DNA from: Clostridia bacterium
GTDB taxonomy: Bacteria > Bacillota > Clostridia > TANB77 > CAG-508
Direction: 5' to 3'
Assembly: GCA_016290095.1 (NCBI GenBank)
Contig: JAEESU010000025.1
Location: 8,161 to 72,160 of the forward strand
DNA length: 64,000 nucleotides
Every line of letters starts with the position of its first letter. The stretch's first letter is position 1. The notes beneath the pieces were generated by a model, which made no database searches, was not told where the DNA came from, and was given only the letters and a program-made list of their open reading frames with translations. Shown here piece by piece: positions 47,380-57,199 of this stretch. The translations under genes and the position numbers were made by a program.

Positions 47380-50300
47380 ATGGACGAAACACAAAATTTT
47401 GTAAATTATATTAAAGAAAAGTTTAGTAATTCTGAAATTATGCTTGCAAAATTTGTAATTGAAACAGATTTGCTAGTATATAACATGATTACTGAAAAAG
47501 TAAGAGAAGATAATAAAGAACTAGATAAACCAACAAATGTATTAGACTTATCTTATCAAAAATTATGTGATAAGAAATTAGATAATATTGAAAATTTATT
47601 TGAAAAAATATTTTTGTGCTATATAGGATATTCATTAGGCGAATATAAAAATTCATGGAGATTAAATTTAAATAATTTAACACAAGATTTAAGAACTAGA
47701 TGTACTTATTGCAATATTGATAGCAATGTTTGTCCATTTAAACTTGTTGCTTATATTAAAAAATGTATTGTAGATAATAATTTTGATAGTAGAAAAGTAC
47801 TAGATCTTATTGTTGGAAAAGAAGAAAAAGAATATTCAAAAGATGAATTTATTGTCAATTCTGTATTAACAAAAATAAATGAATTTGTTAGCAATACAAT
47901 TGATATTGTTGGTGCTGAAATGATGTTAAATGCTGACATGATTAGGTTTGAAAAAGAAGAAGATGGAAAAATACAGTACAGATATATTGATTTTAATATA
48001 AAAAATAATTCATTTTTTAATAATTTGAATGATTTTTATAAATCTAAAAAAGGATTAAAAGGTGAATTTGATACTAAAGAAGTAAAATTTAAAAAAGCTG
48101 ATTCTTATATTTTTGATATTTCTCCTATAGAACTTGCAGTTTATATTAAGTATTTGTGTGATACAAATAATGTAGATTCAAGAGAACTAATAAAGAAATT
48201 ATTAGATAAGAGAAACTTCAAAGAAAGTGAATTTAAAATTGCATATTATAATCAATACATAGAATCTGCTGATAAATTGGAATGCTCTGAAAAAGAAAAA
48301 GAAGAAGTAAAAGAAGTACTAACATATATTAGAAATTATTATTTTAATGAAGACTTACCATATATTCATTTTAATTTAGGAATTTATACAAGTAATACTA
48401 TGATTTCTGACAGAGTAATAAATATAATATCTAGATTTGCAAAAACTTATAATTATATAGGCAACAGACCTACATTATGGGTTGATTGCGAAATGCTAGT
48501 AAAAAGAACAAAAGACTCTACAGATACAATAGCTCAAGTAGAAAGCATGTATGCTAAAAATGATATAATTATTTTTGAAAACATAGGAAAAATAAAGAAT
48601 TTAAATGAATATAAAGTAGAAGGACTATTAACTGCAATAGAAAAATTTAGCAGTAGAAATAAAAAATCAATGACAATTATTGTGGGAGAAGAAAAAATAG
48701 TAAAAGATGCAATAAGTAAACATCCACAAATTGCATCAGATATAATAAATAAAGAAATTCATTTTGATAATTTTGATACTCAAAAAATTAAAGAAAAATT
48801 ATTGCAAAGATTAAATAATGTTTTAAAAGTAGATGATAAATTCGAAGATGAGATAGAAAAATATATTGAAAAAACATTTAATCCAGCTTCTATGGATGAG
48901 ATGACATTTATTGATAAAACATATTCAGAAATAATATTCAATAAGTTTAAAGAATTAAGTATAACTGGTAGTTTTGAGGAAAAGGATGCTCCAAAAGAAG
49001 ATAATACTAGAACTGTAGATACAATACTTTCAGATATAAATAAATTAGTCGGGCTTGCAGAAGTAAAAGCTAATATCAATGAATTAATGAAATATTTAGA
49101 TTATAGCAAAAAGATTGATACAGAAGGCTTTGCAAATTTAAATATGATATTTAAAGGAGAAAGCGGAACTGGTAAAACAACAGTATCAAGATTGCTTGCA
49201 GAATTATTTTATAAACTTGGATTTATTAAAGAGAATAAGATTATAGAAGTATCTGGTAAAGATTTAATAGGAGCACATGTCGGAGAAACTGCTCCAAAGA
49301 CACAAGCAGTAATAGATTCAGCATTAGATGGAGTATTGTTTATTGATGAAGCATATACATTAATGGCAAGTAAAGGCGGAACTTCAAATTATACAGCAGA
49401 ATGTATTGCTACAATTACAAAAGCAATGGACTTATACAAAGATAGATTAATTATTATTTTTGCAGGGTCTACAAAAGAAATGAATGAGTTTATCAACTCA
49501 AATACTGGATTAAGTTCTAGAGTTGGATATGAATTTGATTTTCCAAATTTCTCAAAAACAGATTTAATGCAAATATTTAATGATGAAGTTACTGGAAATG
49601 GTTTCACACTTGAAGAAGGTGTATTTGAAAAAGTAGAAAACTTGGTTTCAAAAGCTAGAATTGTTAAAGGCTTTGGAAATGCTAGATATGTTAAAAATAT
49701 GTTTGACAGATTAGTTGTAATACATGCTGCAAATTGTAGTGATGATGATAAATTAAAAGTAATAGAAAATAAAGATATTGATTCATATATTGAAACTAAA
49801 AAAGATAAAGCACGTACAGTTGATGATATTTTAGCAGAATTAAATTCTTTAATTGGATTAAAAACTGTAAAAGAACAAATTAATGGTTTTGTCTCTTTAA
49901 TGGAATTAAATAAAAAACTAAATAGGGCAGCAGATTTTAATATGCATATGATCTTTAAAGGAAATGCTGGAACAGGAAAAACAACTGTTGCAAGACTTTT
50001 GTCAGAAATTTATTATAATTTAGGATATATAAAAAGAAATAAATTGGTAGAAGTTCAATCACAAGATTTAATTGGAGAATTTTTAGGACAAACCGGACCA
50101 AAAACACAAGCAGTAATAGATTCAGCATTAGATGGTGTATTATTTATTGATGAAGCATATGCAATTATGGAACATAATGGCACAAATGCAAGTTATTCTG
50201 CAGAATGTGTTGCTACACTTTTAAAAGCAATGGAAGATTATAATGGAAGATTAATCATCATTTTTGCTGGATATACTGAAGAAATGAGAAAATTTAGAGA

Positions 50301-50637
50301 TTTAAATCCTGGTTTAAAATCAAGAGTAGGATATGAAATTAATTTTGATGATTATTCTGAAGAAGAATTAATGCAAATTTATGATAAAAAAGTTGCAGAT
50401 AAAGGATTTAAAACAAGCCCAGAAGCAAGAATATTAGTAGAAAGAATAATGAGAAATGCAATGGGTGTTGAGAACTTTGGTAATGGTAGATTTGTTGAAA
50501 ATACTGTTCAAAAAATCATTATTGAGCATGCTATGAAAACAAGAAATATAGATGATATGGAAAGATTATTAACATTTACTGAAGAGGATATTCCAGAAGT
50601 AAAAGCAGAAGAGTCTAGAAAGAGGATTGGATTTTAA
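47380..50637 (+). CDS. tandem AAA+ ATPase of the SpoVK/CbbX type with a large N-terminal region
   Basis: Two modules: GESGTGKTT..LFIDEAYTL and GNAGTGKTT..LFIDEAYAI. Confidence 0.8.
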   Translation: MDETQNFVNYIKEKFSNSEIMLAKFVIETDLLVYNMITEKVREDNKELDKPTNVLDLSYQKLCDKKLDNIENLFEKIFLCYIGYSLGEYKNSWRLNLNNLTQDLRTRCTYCNIDSNVCPFKLVAYIKKCIVDNNFDSRKVLDLIVGKEEKEYSKDEFIVNSVLTKINEFVSNTIDIVGAEMMLNADMIRFEKEEDGKIQYRYIDFNIKNNSFFNNLNDFYKSKKGLKGEFDTKEVKFKKADSYIFDISPIELAVYIKYLCDTNNVDSRELIKKLLDKRNFKESEFKIAYYNQYIESADKLECSEKEKEEVKEVLTYIRNYYFNEDLPYIHFNLGIYTSNTMISDRVINIISRFAKTYNYIGNRPTLWVDCEMLVKRTKDSTDTIAQVESMYAKNDIIIFENIGKIKNLNEYKVEGLLTAIEKFSSRNKKSMTIIVGEEKIVKDAISKHPQIASDIINKEIHFDNFDTQKIKEKLLQRLNNVLKVDDKFEDEIEKYIEKTFNPASMDEMTFIDKTYSEIIFNKFKELSITGSFEEKDAPKEDNTRTVDTILSDINKLVGLAEVKANINELMKYLDYSKKIDTEGFANLNMIFKGESGTGKTTVSRLLAELFYKLGFIKENKIIEVSGKDLIGAHVGETAPKTQAVIDSALDGVLFIDEAYTLMASKGGTSNYTAECIATITKAMDLYKDRLIIIFAGSTKEMNEFINSNTGLSSRVGYEFDFPNFSKTDLMQIFNDEVTGNGFTLEEGVFEKVENLVSKARIVKGFGNARYVKNMFDRLVVIHAANCSDDDKLKVIENKDIDSYIETKKDKARTVDDILAELNSLIGLKTVKEQINGFVSLMELNKKLNRAADFNMHMIFKGNAGTGKTTVARLLSEIYYNLGYIKRNKLVEVQSQDLIGEFLGQTGPKTQAVIDSALDGVLFIDEAYAIMEHNGTNASYSAECVATLLKAMEDYNGRLIIIFAGYTEEMRKFRDLNPGLKSRVGYEINFDDYSEEELMQIYDKKVADKGFKTSPEARILVERIMRNAMGVENFGNGRFVENTVQKIIIEHAMKTRNIDDMERLLTFTEEDIPEVKAEESRKRIGF

Positions 50638-50705
50638 ATTGGTGATGATATAATAAATTCTAAATAAAAATATATTTCTGCTAAGAAGCAGAGGAAAGAG
50701 GGAGT

Positions 50706-51332
50706 ATGGAAGCAATTAGATTAAACCATCCATTGGTTGAACACAAATTATCAATTTTAAGAGACAAGAGAACAGGAACAAAAGAGTTTAGAGAAATAGT
50801 AAGTGAGCTTTCAACAATGCTTTGTTATGAAGCTATGAAAGATGCAGAACTTGAAGACATTGAAATTGAAACACCAATTTGTAAAACAAAAGCTAAAAGA
50901 CTTAATGAAGATAAATATGCATTTATTCCAATACTAAGAGCTGGAACAGGAATGCTTGATGGATTAATAGAAATAATGCCAAATGCTAAAATTGGACATA
51001 TTGGTATGTATAGAAATGAAGAAACTTTAGAACCAGTTAGATATTATTATAAAGCTCCTAAAGGGTTAGAAAATAGAGAAGTAATAATATTAGATCCAAT
51101 GCTTGCAACAGGTGGATCTGGAGTTGATGCAATAACAGCAATAAAAGAAAGTGGAGCTAAAAAAATTAAATTCTTATGCATTATAGCGGCTCCAGAAGGA
51201 ATAAAAAGAATTCAAGATACATATCCAGATGTTCAAATATATTGTGCAGCAATTGATGAGAGACTAAATGAAATTGGATATATAGTTCCTGGATTAGGAG
51301 ATGCAGGAGATAGAATATTTGGAACTAAATAA
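50706..51332 (+). CDS. upp: uracil phosphoribosyltransferase
   Basis: DPMLATGGS and YIVPGLGDAGDRIFGT. Confidence 0.95.
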   Translation: MEAIRLNHPLVEHKLSILRDKRTGTKEFREIVSELSTMLCYEAMKDAELEDIEIETPICKTKAKRLNEDKYAFIPILRAGTGMLDGLIEIMPNAKIGHIGMYRNEETLEPVRYYYKAPKGLENREVIILDPMLATGGSGVDAITAIKESGAKKIKFLCIIAAPEGIKRIQDTYPDVQIYCAAIDERLNEIGYIVPGLGDAGDRIFGTK

Positions 51333-51389
51333 TAAATAGATAATAAGCGCTTTTTCATTTTAGATAAAGTGCTTATTTTACGCTCAAAT

Positions 51390-51418
51390 TTGAATTTTTT
51401 TGCAAAATATGATATAAT
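51390..51418 (+). promoter_or_regulatory. promoter of GC-rich cassette 7
   Basis: TTGAAT, 17 nt spacer, TATAAT with an extended TGA. Confidence 0.6.
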
Positions 51419-51506
51419 AAAATAGGTTAGTATACACTATTTTATCAAACTTCTGAATTAAGATGCCAATGGCATTTTAATAATAAAACAAAAGGAGCGA
51501 GAGGAC

Positions 51507-52091
51507 ATGACAGACAGGATTCGTGAAACCGAGGTTGGTACACCAGTACTTACCGATGCCCAGACTGGGCAAAGCCGGAGGGTTACGCACTTGGAAGATG
51601 AACAACCTGTAGCCAGACGCACACGTAGAATCCACCAGGACTATTCCCAGGAACTCAAGCAGAGAAAGCAAGCACTGAAAAAGGCACTCAGAAATGAGCA
51701 GAAAATGCAGAAGAAAGCCAAACGGAAAGAAAAGCGTGTCCAGCGGAAAGCTGAACGGAAGGAGAAATGCAGAAACAGGAATCGTAGAATCGCGAGGGCG
51801 ATCCCTTTCCTACTGATTGTGCTGGCGGTCATGTGGATTGCCAAGTACCTTCAGGCAGAATACCCCGACATGTTTCAGCGCTATCCCGCCGTTGAATGGG
51901 CCGTGAAGGTGTTTCTGAAGGTTGCCGATTTCGGTTACGCCATCGTGAAGTTTGTGGCCGGAACGGTAGCTGAGCTTTTGAACCCGCTGTTCACTCAGTT
52001 CAAGCAGAGCCCCAACTGGCAGACCATCAGCAACGAATGGGCTAACCTGTGGCAGCAGTTCCTTGCTGTGATCGAGACCCTGCGCTTCTGA
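51507..52091 (+). CDS. GC-rich cassette 7: membrane protein (194 aa) with Arg/Lys-rich N-terminal half
   Basis: AAGGAG SD, KKAKRKEKRVQRKAERKEK stretch, one TM helix (IPFLLIVLAVMWIA). No family recognised. Confidence 0.6.
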   Translation: MTDRIRETEVGTPVLTDAQTGQSRRVTHLEDEQPVARRTRRIHQDYSQELKQRKQALKKALRNEQKMQKKAKRKEKRVQRKAERKEKCRNRNRRIARAIPFLLIVLAVMWIAKYLQAEYPDMFQRYPAVEWAVKVFLKVADFGYAIVKFVAGTVAELLNPLFTQFKQSPNWQTISNEWANLWQQFLAVIETLRF

Positions 52092-52101
52092 TGCAGAAGC
52101 C

Positions 52102-52136
52102 CCCCGCCGAGACTTCGGTGGGGATATTTATTTTTA
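52102..52136 (+). terminator. GC-rich terminator of cassette 7
   Basis: CCCCGCCGA-gact-TCGGTGGGG followed by a T-rich run. Confidence 0.8.
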
Positions 52137-52184
52137 TATGGAAAAAAAGCTTAAAATGTGTTATTGTTTTATTGAGGTGAAAAT

Positions 52185-53075
52185 ATGATACCAGATTTTT
52201 TAAATATAAAACTTGAAGTACAATATGGTTTAGAACTGAAAAATAATATAATTGAAGGTTATTCAGTAAATAGAAAAACTACTCTAAGAATAAATACTCT
52301 AAAAAGTAACTTGAATAAAGTTGAAAATGAATTGATCAAAAACAATATAAAATATCACAAAGTTAGTTGGTTTGAAAATGCATTAGTTATTGAAAATAAA
52401 AGCGAGCAAGAAATCGAAAATATGGATATATACAAAAATGGTGAAGTTTACTTACAAAGTTTATCATCAATGCTTCCACCAATAATATTAAATCCAAAAG
52501 AAGGAACAGATATATTAGATATGGCGGCGGCACCGGGGGGGAAGACTACAGAACTAGCTTGCTTAACAAACAATAAAGCAAATATAACAGCATGTGAAAT
52601 GAATAAAATTAGAGCTGAAAGATTAAAATATAATATAAAAATACAAGGTGCAACAAGAGTTTTTGTAATGGAAAAAGATGCAAGACAAATAGATGACTTT
52701 TTCTCATTTGATCAAATATTATTAGATAGTCCATGTAGTGGAAGTGGTACATTAAATATAAATGATAAAAATATGGAAAAGTATTTTACAGAAATACTAA
52801 TTCAAAAATCTACAAAATCTCAACTTGCATTACTTAAAAAAGCCAGTAAAATATTGAAAAAAGGCTCAGAAATAGTTTATTCAACATGTTCTATTTTAAG
52901 AGAAGAAAATGAAGAAATTGTAAGACAAGTATTAAGAGAAATGGAAATTGTTCCTATAGATTTTGAAGGTATTGAAGATATACCAAGACTAAAAACAGAA
53001 CTTGAAGGAACATTATGTGTAATGCCAACAGAAGAATATGAAGGATTTTTTGTTGCAAAGTTGAGAAAAAAATAA
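52185..53075 (+). CDS. RsmB/RsmF-family rRNA m5C methyltransferase (NOL1/NOP2/Sun)
   Basis: DMAAAPGGKT, LLDSPCSGSGT and YSTCS. Confidence 0.8.
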   Translation: MIPDFLNIKLEVQYGLELKNNIIEGYSVNRKTTLRINTLKSNLNKVENELIKNNIKYHKVSWFENALVIENKSEQEIENMDIYKNGEVYLQSLSSMLPPIILNPKEGTDILDMAAAPGGKTTELACLTNNKANITACEMNKIRAERLKYNIKIQGATRVFVMEKDARQIDDFFSFDQILLDSPCSGSGTLNINDKNMEKYFTEILIQKSTKSQLALLKKASKILKKGSEIVYSTCSILREENEEIVRQVLREMEIVPIDFEGIEDIPRLKTELEGTLCVMPTEEYEGFFVAKLRKK

Positions 53076-53093
53076 TAGTATAGTATAATAAAA

Positions 53094-53183
53094 AAGCAAT
53101 TGATAATTGGACTTTTTCCTGTTTAGTAAAACAGAGTACATTCCGCAGAAAAGCGAGTATTAAATCCCAATTATCAATTGCTT
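53094..53183. terminator. long-range 17-bp inverted repeat between convergent genes (bidirectional terminator-like)
   Basis: AAGCAATTGATAATTGG ... CCAATTATCAATTGCTT with a 56-nt loop. A-run on the left and T-run on the right. Confidence 0.6.
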
Positions 53184-54091
53184 TATTTTTTATAATACAT
53201 TCCTTGATATAAGTCATTTTCTTTTAAATATTTATAAATTCCATTTATAATCCATTTTTTATGCGAATTCCAATCAGGTGCTAGTAATAAATCTTTTGGG
53301 CTATCACCTGAAATTTTATGAATTATGATGCTTGGGTTGATATGAGTTAAAATATAACAAGCATTTTCAATATAATATTCTAAAGATATTGGCTCATATT
53401 TTTTCTCATCATACATTTTGGCTAACACAGTATTTTTAATAATATAGCATGAATGAATTTTTAAACCTTGAATATTATGTTTATTTATAAAATCTACAGT
53501 ATTTTTTATATCTTCAGAAGTTTCGCCAGGAAGTCCAATCATTAGATGAGTTACTACATCTATATTATATTTGTTTAGTAATTCCACAGTTTGAGTATAT
53601 TTTGTGGATTCGTATCCTCTATTTATAACTTTTGCTATTTTATCATTAGATGTTTGAAGACCGAGTTCAACCCACACATCAACTTTATTTTTATAAGAGA
53701 AAAGTAATTTGCAAATATCTTCGTTAATACAATCTGGACGAGTTGCAATATCAAGAACCACAATTTTATCATTGCATAATGCTTCATTATATTTTGATTT
53801 TAGATTTTCTAAAGTATCGTAAGTATTTGTAAAATTTTGAAAATATGCAATAAACTTATTTGCTCGATTTCCACGATAACTATTTAAATGGCTGTCAATT
53901 TGTTCTCTAATTGATACTTTTTTTAAGTGTTCACCAGAACCTTTTTCACCACAAAAAATGCATCCACCAGTAGATAAGGTTCCATCTCTATTTGGACAAG
54001 TAAATCCACCGTCAATACAAATCTTTAAAGTTCTTTCTCCAAATTTTTCTTTCAAATATTTATTTAAGTGATTATATCTTTCTTTTTCCAT
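53183..54091 (-). CDS. radical SAM protein, TIGR01212 family
   Basis: FTCPNRDGTLSTGGCIFCGEKGSGE. Confidence 0.85.
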   Translation of the reverse strand: MEKERYNHLNKYLKEKFGERTLKICIDGGFTCPNRDGTLSTGGCIFCGEKGSGEHLKKVSIREQIDSHLNSYRGNRANKFIAYFQNFTNTYDTLENLKSKYNEALCNDKIVVLDIATRPDCINEDICKLLFSYKNKVDVWVELGLQTSNDKIAKVINRGYESTKYTQTVELLNKYNIDVVTHLMIGLPGETSEDIKNTVDFINKHNIQGLKIHSCYIIKNTVLAKMYDEKKYEPISLEYYIENACYILTHINPSIIIHKISGDSPKDLLLAPDWNSHKKWIINGIYKYLKENDLYQGMYYKK

Positions 54092-54272
54092 AAAATAATT
54101 ATATATATTTATAATTCAAAATACAATAAAAAAAGCAATATAGTAGTAATTTATTACTACTATATTGCTTTTTTAAATAATTTTGAGATTATAAAAATAT
54201 ATTGATTTTAGTCCCAATTTGTTATATTATGAATACGATTTTTAATATGTTATTTGAAAGGAAGAATTAATT

Positions 54273-55193
54273 ATGGGAAAAACTTATATTTTTGGACATA
54301 AAAATCCAGATACAGACACTATTACATCAAGTTTAGTAATGGCGAATTTTGAACAAAAATTAGGAAATACAGAAGCTGTTGCTTGCAGATTAGGAAATCC
54401 TAATAAAGAAACAGAATATGTTTTAAATTATTTAGGAATAGAGGCTCCGAAATTAATAGAATCAGTAGAAGACGGAGCTAATGTTATATTAGTAGATCAT
54501 AATAGTCCAAAAGAATCTATAGATAATTTGGAGAATGTAAATATTTTAAAAGTAGTAGATCATCATAAATTAGCATTGGAAACATCTTATCCATTATTTT
54601 ATAGGGCAGAAGCTGTTGGATGTACAGAAACAGTTATGTATAAATTATATAGAGAAAACGGAATAGAAATAGATAAAAAAATAGCTACATTAATGCTATC
54701 AGCAATTATTTCAGATACTCTTTTATTAAAATCACCAACATGTACAAATGAAGATGTAAAAGCAGTAAAAGAATTAGCTGAAATTGCTGGAATCAATTAT
54801 GAAGAATATGGTTTAGAAATGCTAAAAGCAGGAACTGATTTAAGTTCATTTAGTATAGATGAAATTTTACATTTAGATGCAAAAGCTATTGATTTTAAAA
54901 ATGTAAAAGCAGTTGTTAACCAAGTAAATACTGCAGATATTTCAGATGTTATGAAAATGAAAGTAGATTTAGAAGCAAGAATGAATGAGATTATTAATGA
55001 AGAAGGATTAGACTTGTTCATGTTATTAATAACAGATATTATTAATAGCAATTCACAAGTAATAGCACTTGGAAAATCAGCTTCGTTAGTTGAAAAATCA
55101 TATGGAGTAAAATTAGAAGACAATACTGCACTATTAAAAGGTGTTGTATCACGTAAAAAACAAGTTGTTCCAATAATGACAGAAAACGCTTAA
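54273..55193 (+). CDS. ppaC: manganese-dependent inorganic pyrophosphatase (family II, DHH)
   Basis: IFGHKNPDTDT, VDHN and DHH motifs. Confidence 0.92.
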   Translation: MGKTYIFGHKNPDTDTITSSLVMANFEQKLGNTEAVACRLGNPNKETEYVLNYLGIEAPKLIESVEDGANVILVDHNSPKESIDNLENVNILKVVDHHKLALETSYPLFYRAEAVGCTETVMYKLYRENGIEIDKKIATLMLSAIISDTLLLKSPTCTNEDVKAVKELAEIAGINYEEYGLEMLKAGTDLSSFSIDEILHLDAKAIDFKNVKAVVNQVNTADISDVMKMKVDLEARMNEIINEEGLDLFMLLITDIINSNSQVIALGKSASLVEKSYGVKLEDNTALLKGVVSRKKQVVPIMTENA

Positions 55194-55220
55194 AGTTAAT
55201 TTTTAGGAGTTGATCATAAA

Positions 55221-56954
55221 TTGAGTAATGATAAAGGAAATTTAAAAATAGTAGTAGCAATTGTAATTGTTATTATAGCTATTATATTAGGAATTGTTTT
55301 AATCAATAGAAACAAAATTGAAAGTGGTCCAGTTGAAGCAATTAAACAAGAAGCATATGAGTATTTTAATCTTTATGCTTTGAATGAAAAGGTTGGAGTT
55401 GTAGGTAAAGATGGTAGTGTTATTATAGAGCCTACTTATTCAGATATTTATATTCCAAATCAATCAAAAGATGTGTTTTTTTGTATTGATGAAAATGATG
55501 AATACAAGATATTAAACAAAACAGGAAAAGAAATTTTTAAAGAATTTGAAAGTGTTTCTTTTATAGTAGTTCAATCTAATTCAAACGAGATGGAAAAGAA
55601 TGTATTAAGCTACGAAAAAGATGGAAGATTTGGATTAATAGATTATTCTGGTGCAACTTTAACAGATGCAATATATGAAAGTGTTGCTAGTTTAACAAAT
55701 AAACCAGGATGTATTCTTGTTAGAAAAGATGGACAATACGGTGTATTAGATTCTAATGGAAAAACAATAATTGATACAAAATATAATTCTATTTCAGGAG
55801 ATGAATATAGTTCTGAGAAAGATGGATATTTAAAAACAGGTTATATTGTGTCAAATAAAACTTCAACAGGAATACTATATGGATATATAGATTACTCAGG
55901 AAAAGTTTTAGTAGAACCAAAATATGAATTGGTTTCTAGAGCAGTTATTAATAATACTGAAGACACATATCTAGTATTTAGGGAAAACGGAAAAAGAGGA
56001 GTAATTAAAAATTCCAAAGTAGTAATTAAACCAAAATACAATTCTATAATTTATAATAATTCTGCTAACATTTTTGTTGTAATAAGAAGTGGAAATTATG
56101 GTTTCTATGAATTAGATGGTAAAGAAATATTAGCACCAGATTATACTAGTTATTCTGTTGCAGGAAACTATATTTGTGTGAGTAAAGATGATGAAATGCT
56201 GCTTTATGATTTACATGGAAATTTAGTAAATAAGAACAGATATAAAAGTATACAAGAAACAGGAAATTCATCATTTTTTATTGCACAAGATGGAGATGGA
56301 TTTTATAGCATAATTAGTAAAGACAAAGAAATAGCAGATAATTACACAAGAATATCTTATGCATTTGATAATTTCTTTGTGTATACTTCAAAAGATGGAT
56401 TATATGGAATCTTAAATGTATATTCAGGAATAGAAGTAGAAGCTGAATATGATGTAATTATAGTTCTTGAAAATGCAAAAGCATTAGAAGCAAGAAAAGG
56501 AAATAGAGTAGATATATATTCAAGCATTATTGAAAGAATATTAACGATGGATGATGCTGTTGTGCAAAAGGTATCGGATAATTATTTTGCTATATATTCA
56601 GATACAGAATTAAAATATATAGATAATAATGGTAAAATTACTGAAAACACGCTAGTATTTAAAGACCTTTCTCTTTATGCATATCAAGATGATAATGGTA
56701 AGTGGGGATTTAAAAATAAAAACGATGAAAAAATAGTTGATGCAACATATGACATAGTAACAGAAATGAATGAATATGGATTTGCAGGAATAAATGAAGA
56801 TGGTAAATGGGGAGTAATAGATAAAGAAGGAAAAATTGTAGTAGAACCATCATATGAAATTGAATCATACTATGCTCCTAAATTTATTGGAAAATATTTA
56901 TTAGAAGAATCAGAAAGTGTATCATGTATAGAAATGGAACTTAAAGGTGAATAG
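55221..56954 (+). CDS. WG-repeat (KWG) protein with N-terminal membrane anchor
   Basis: TTG start after AGGAG. Repeated ..GKWG(V/F)I(D/N)..G..(I/V).P.Y units. Confidence 0.75.
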   Translation: MSNDKGNLKIVVAIVIVIIAIILGIVLINRNKIESGPVEAIKQEAYEYFNLYALNEKVGVVGKDGSVIIEPTYSDIYIPNQSKDVFFCIDENDEYKILNKTGKEIFKEFESVSFIVVQSNSNEMEKNVLSYEKDGRFGLIDYSGATLTDAIYESVASLTNKPGCILVRKDGQYGVLDSNGKTIIDTKYNSISGDEYSSEKDGYLKTGYIVSNKTSTGILYGYIDYSGKVLVEPKYELVSRAVINNTEDTYLVFRENGKRGVIKNSKVVIKPKYNSIIYNNSANIFVVIRSGNYGFYELDGKEILAPDYTSYSVAGNYICVSKDDEMLLYDLHGNLVNKNRYKSIQETGNSSFFIAQDGDGFYSIISKDKEIADNYTRISYAFDNFFVYTSKDGLYGILNVYSGIEVEAEYDVIIVLENAKALEARKGNRVDIYSSIIERILTMDDAVVQKVSDNYFAIYSDTELKYIDNNGKITENTLVFKDLSLYAYQDDNGKWGFKNKNDEKIVDATYDIVTEMNEYGFAGINEDGKWGVIDKEGKIVVEPSYEIESYYAPKFIGKYLLEESESVSCIEMELKGE

Positions 56955-56972
56955 CCTTTAAGTTCTTTTTTA
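56937..56972 (+). terminator. intrinsic terminator overlapping the stop codon of the WG-repeat gene
   Basis: GAACTTAAAGG-tgaatag-CCTTTAAGTTC followed by T6. Confidence 0.85.
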
Positions 56973-56999
56973 TTTCATGGTTCCACTGGGAGTTTCACG

Positions 57000-57123
57000 G
57001 TTTCACGGGGACGTTCCTATTGGTTCCAAAATGGAACCAAGGGGACACTCCTTAATTTGATAAAAAATAAAGGAGTGTCCCAGTAGTGCCAAAGTGGCAC
57101 TAAAAGGAACGTCCCTCTGAAAC
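57000..57123. repeat. nested-palindrome GC-rich intergenic element, copy 2
   Basis: Same arm sequences as 25785-25918: GGGACGTTCC, TTGGTTCCAAAATGGAACCAA, GGGACACTCC/GGAGTGTCCC, GTGCCA-aag-TGGCAC, GGAACGTCCC. Extra GTTTCACG and GAAACTC repeats extend it to about 56990-57145. Confidence 0.9.
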
Positions 57124-57199
57124 TCACCCTGAACTTGCGAAACTCTTGAAAAATAATGTGAATCAATATATAATACTTAAAGTGGAAGGAGGTTTTGAG

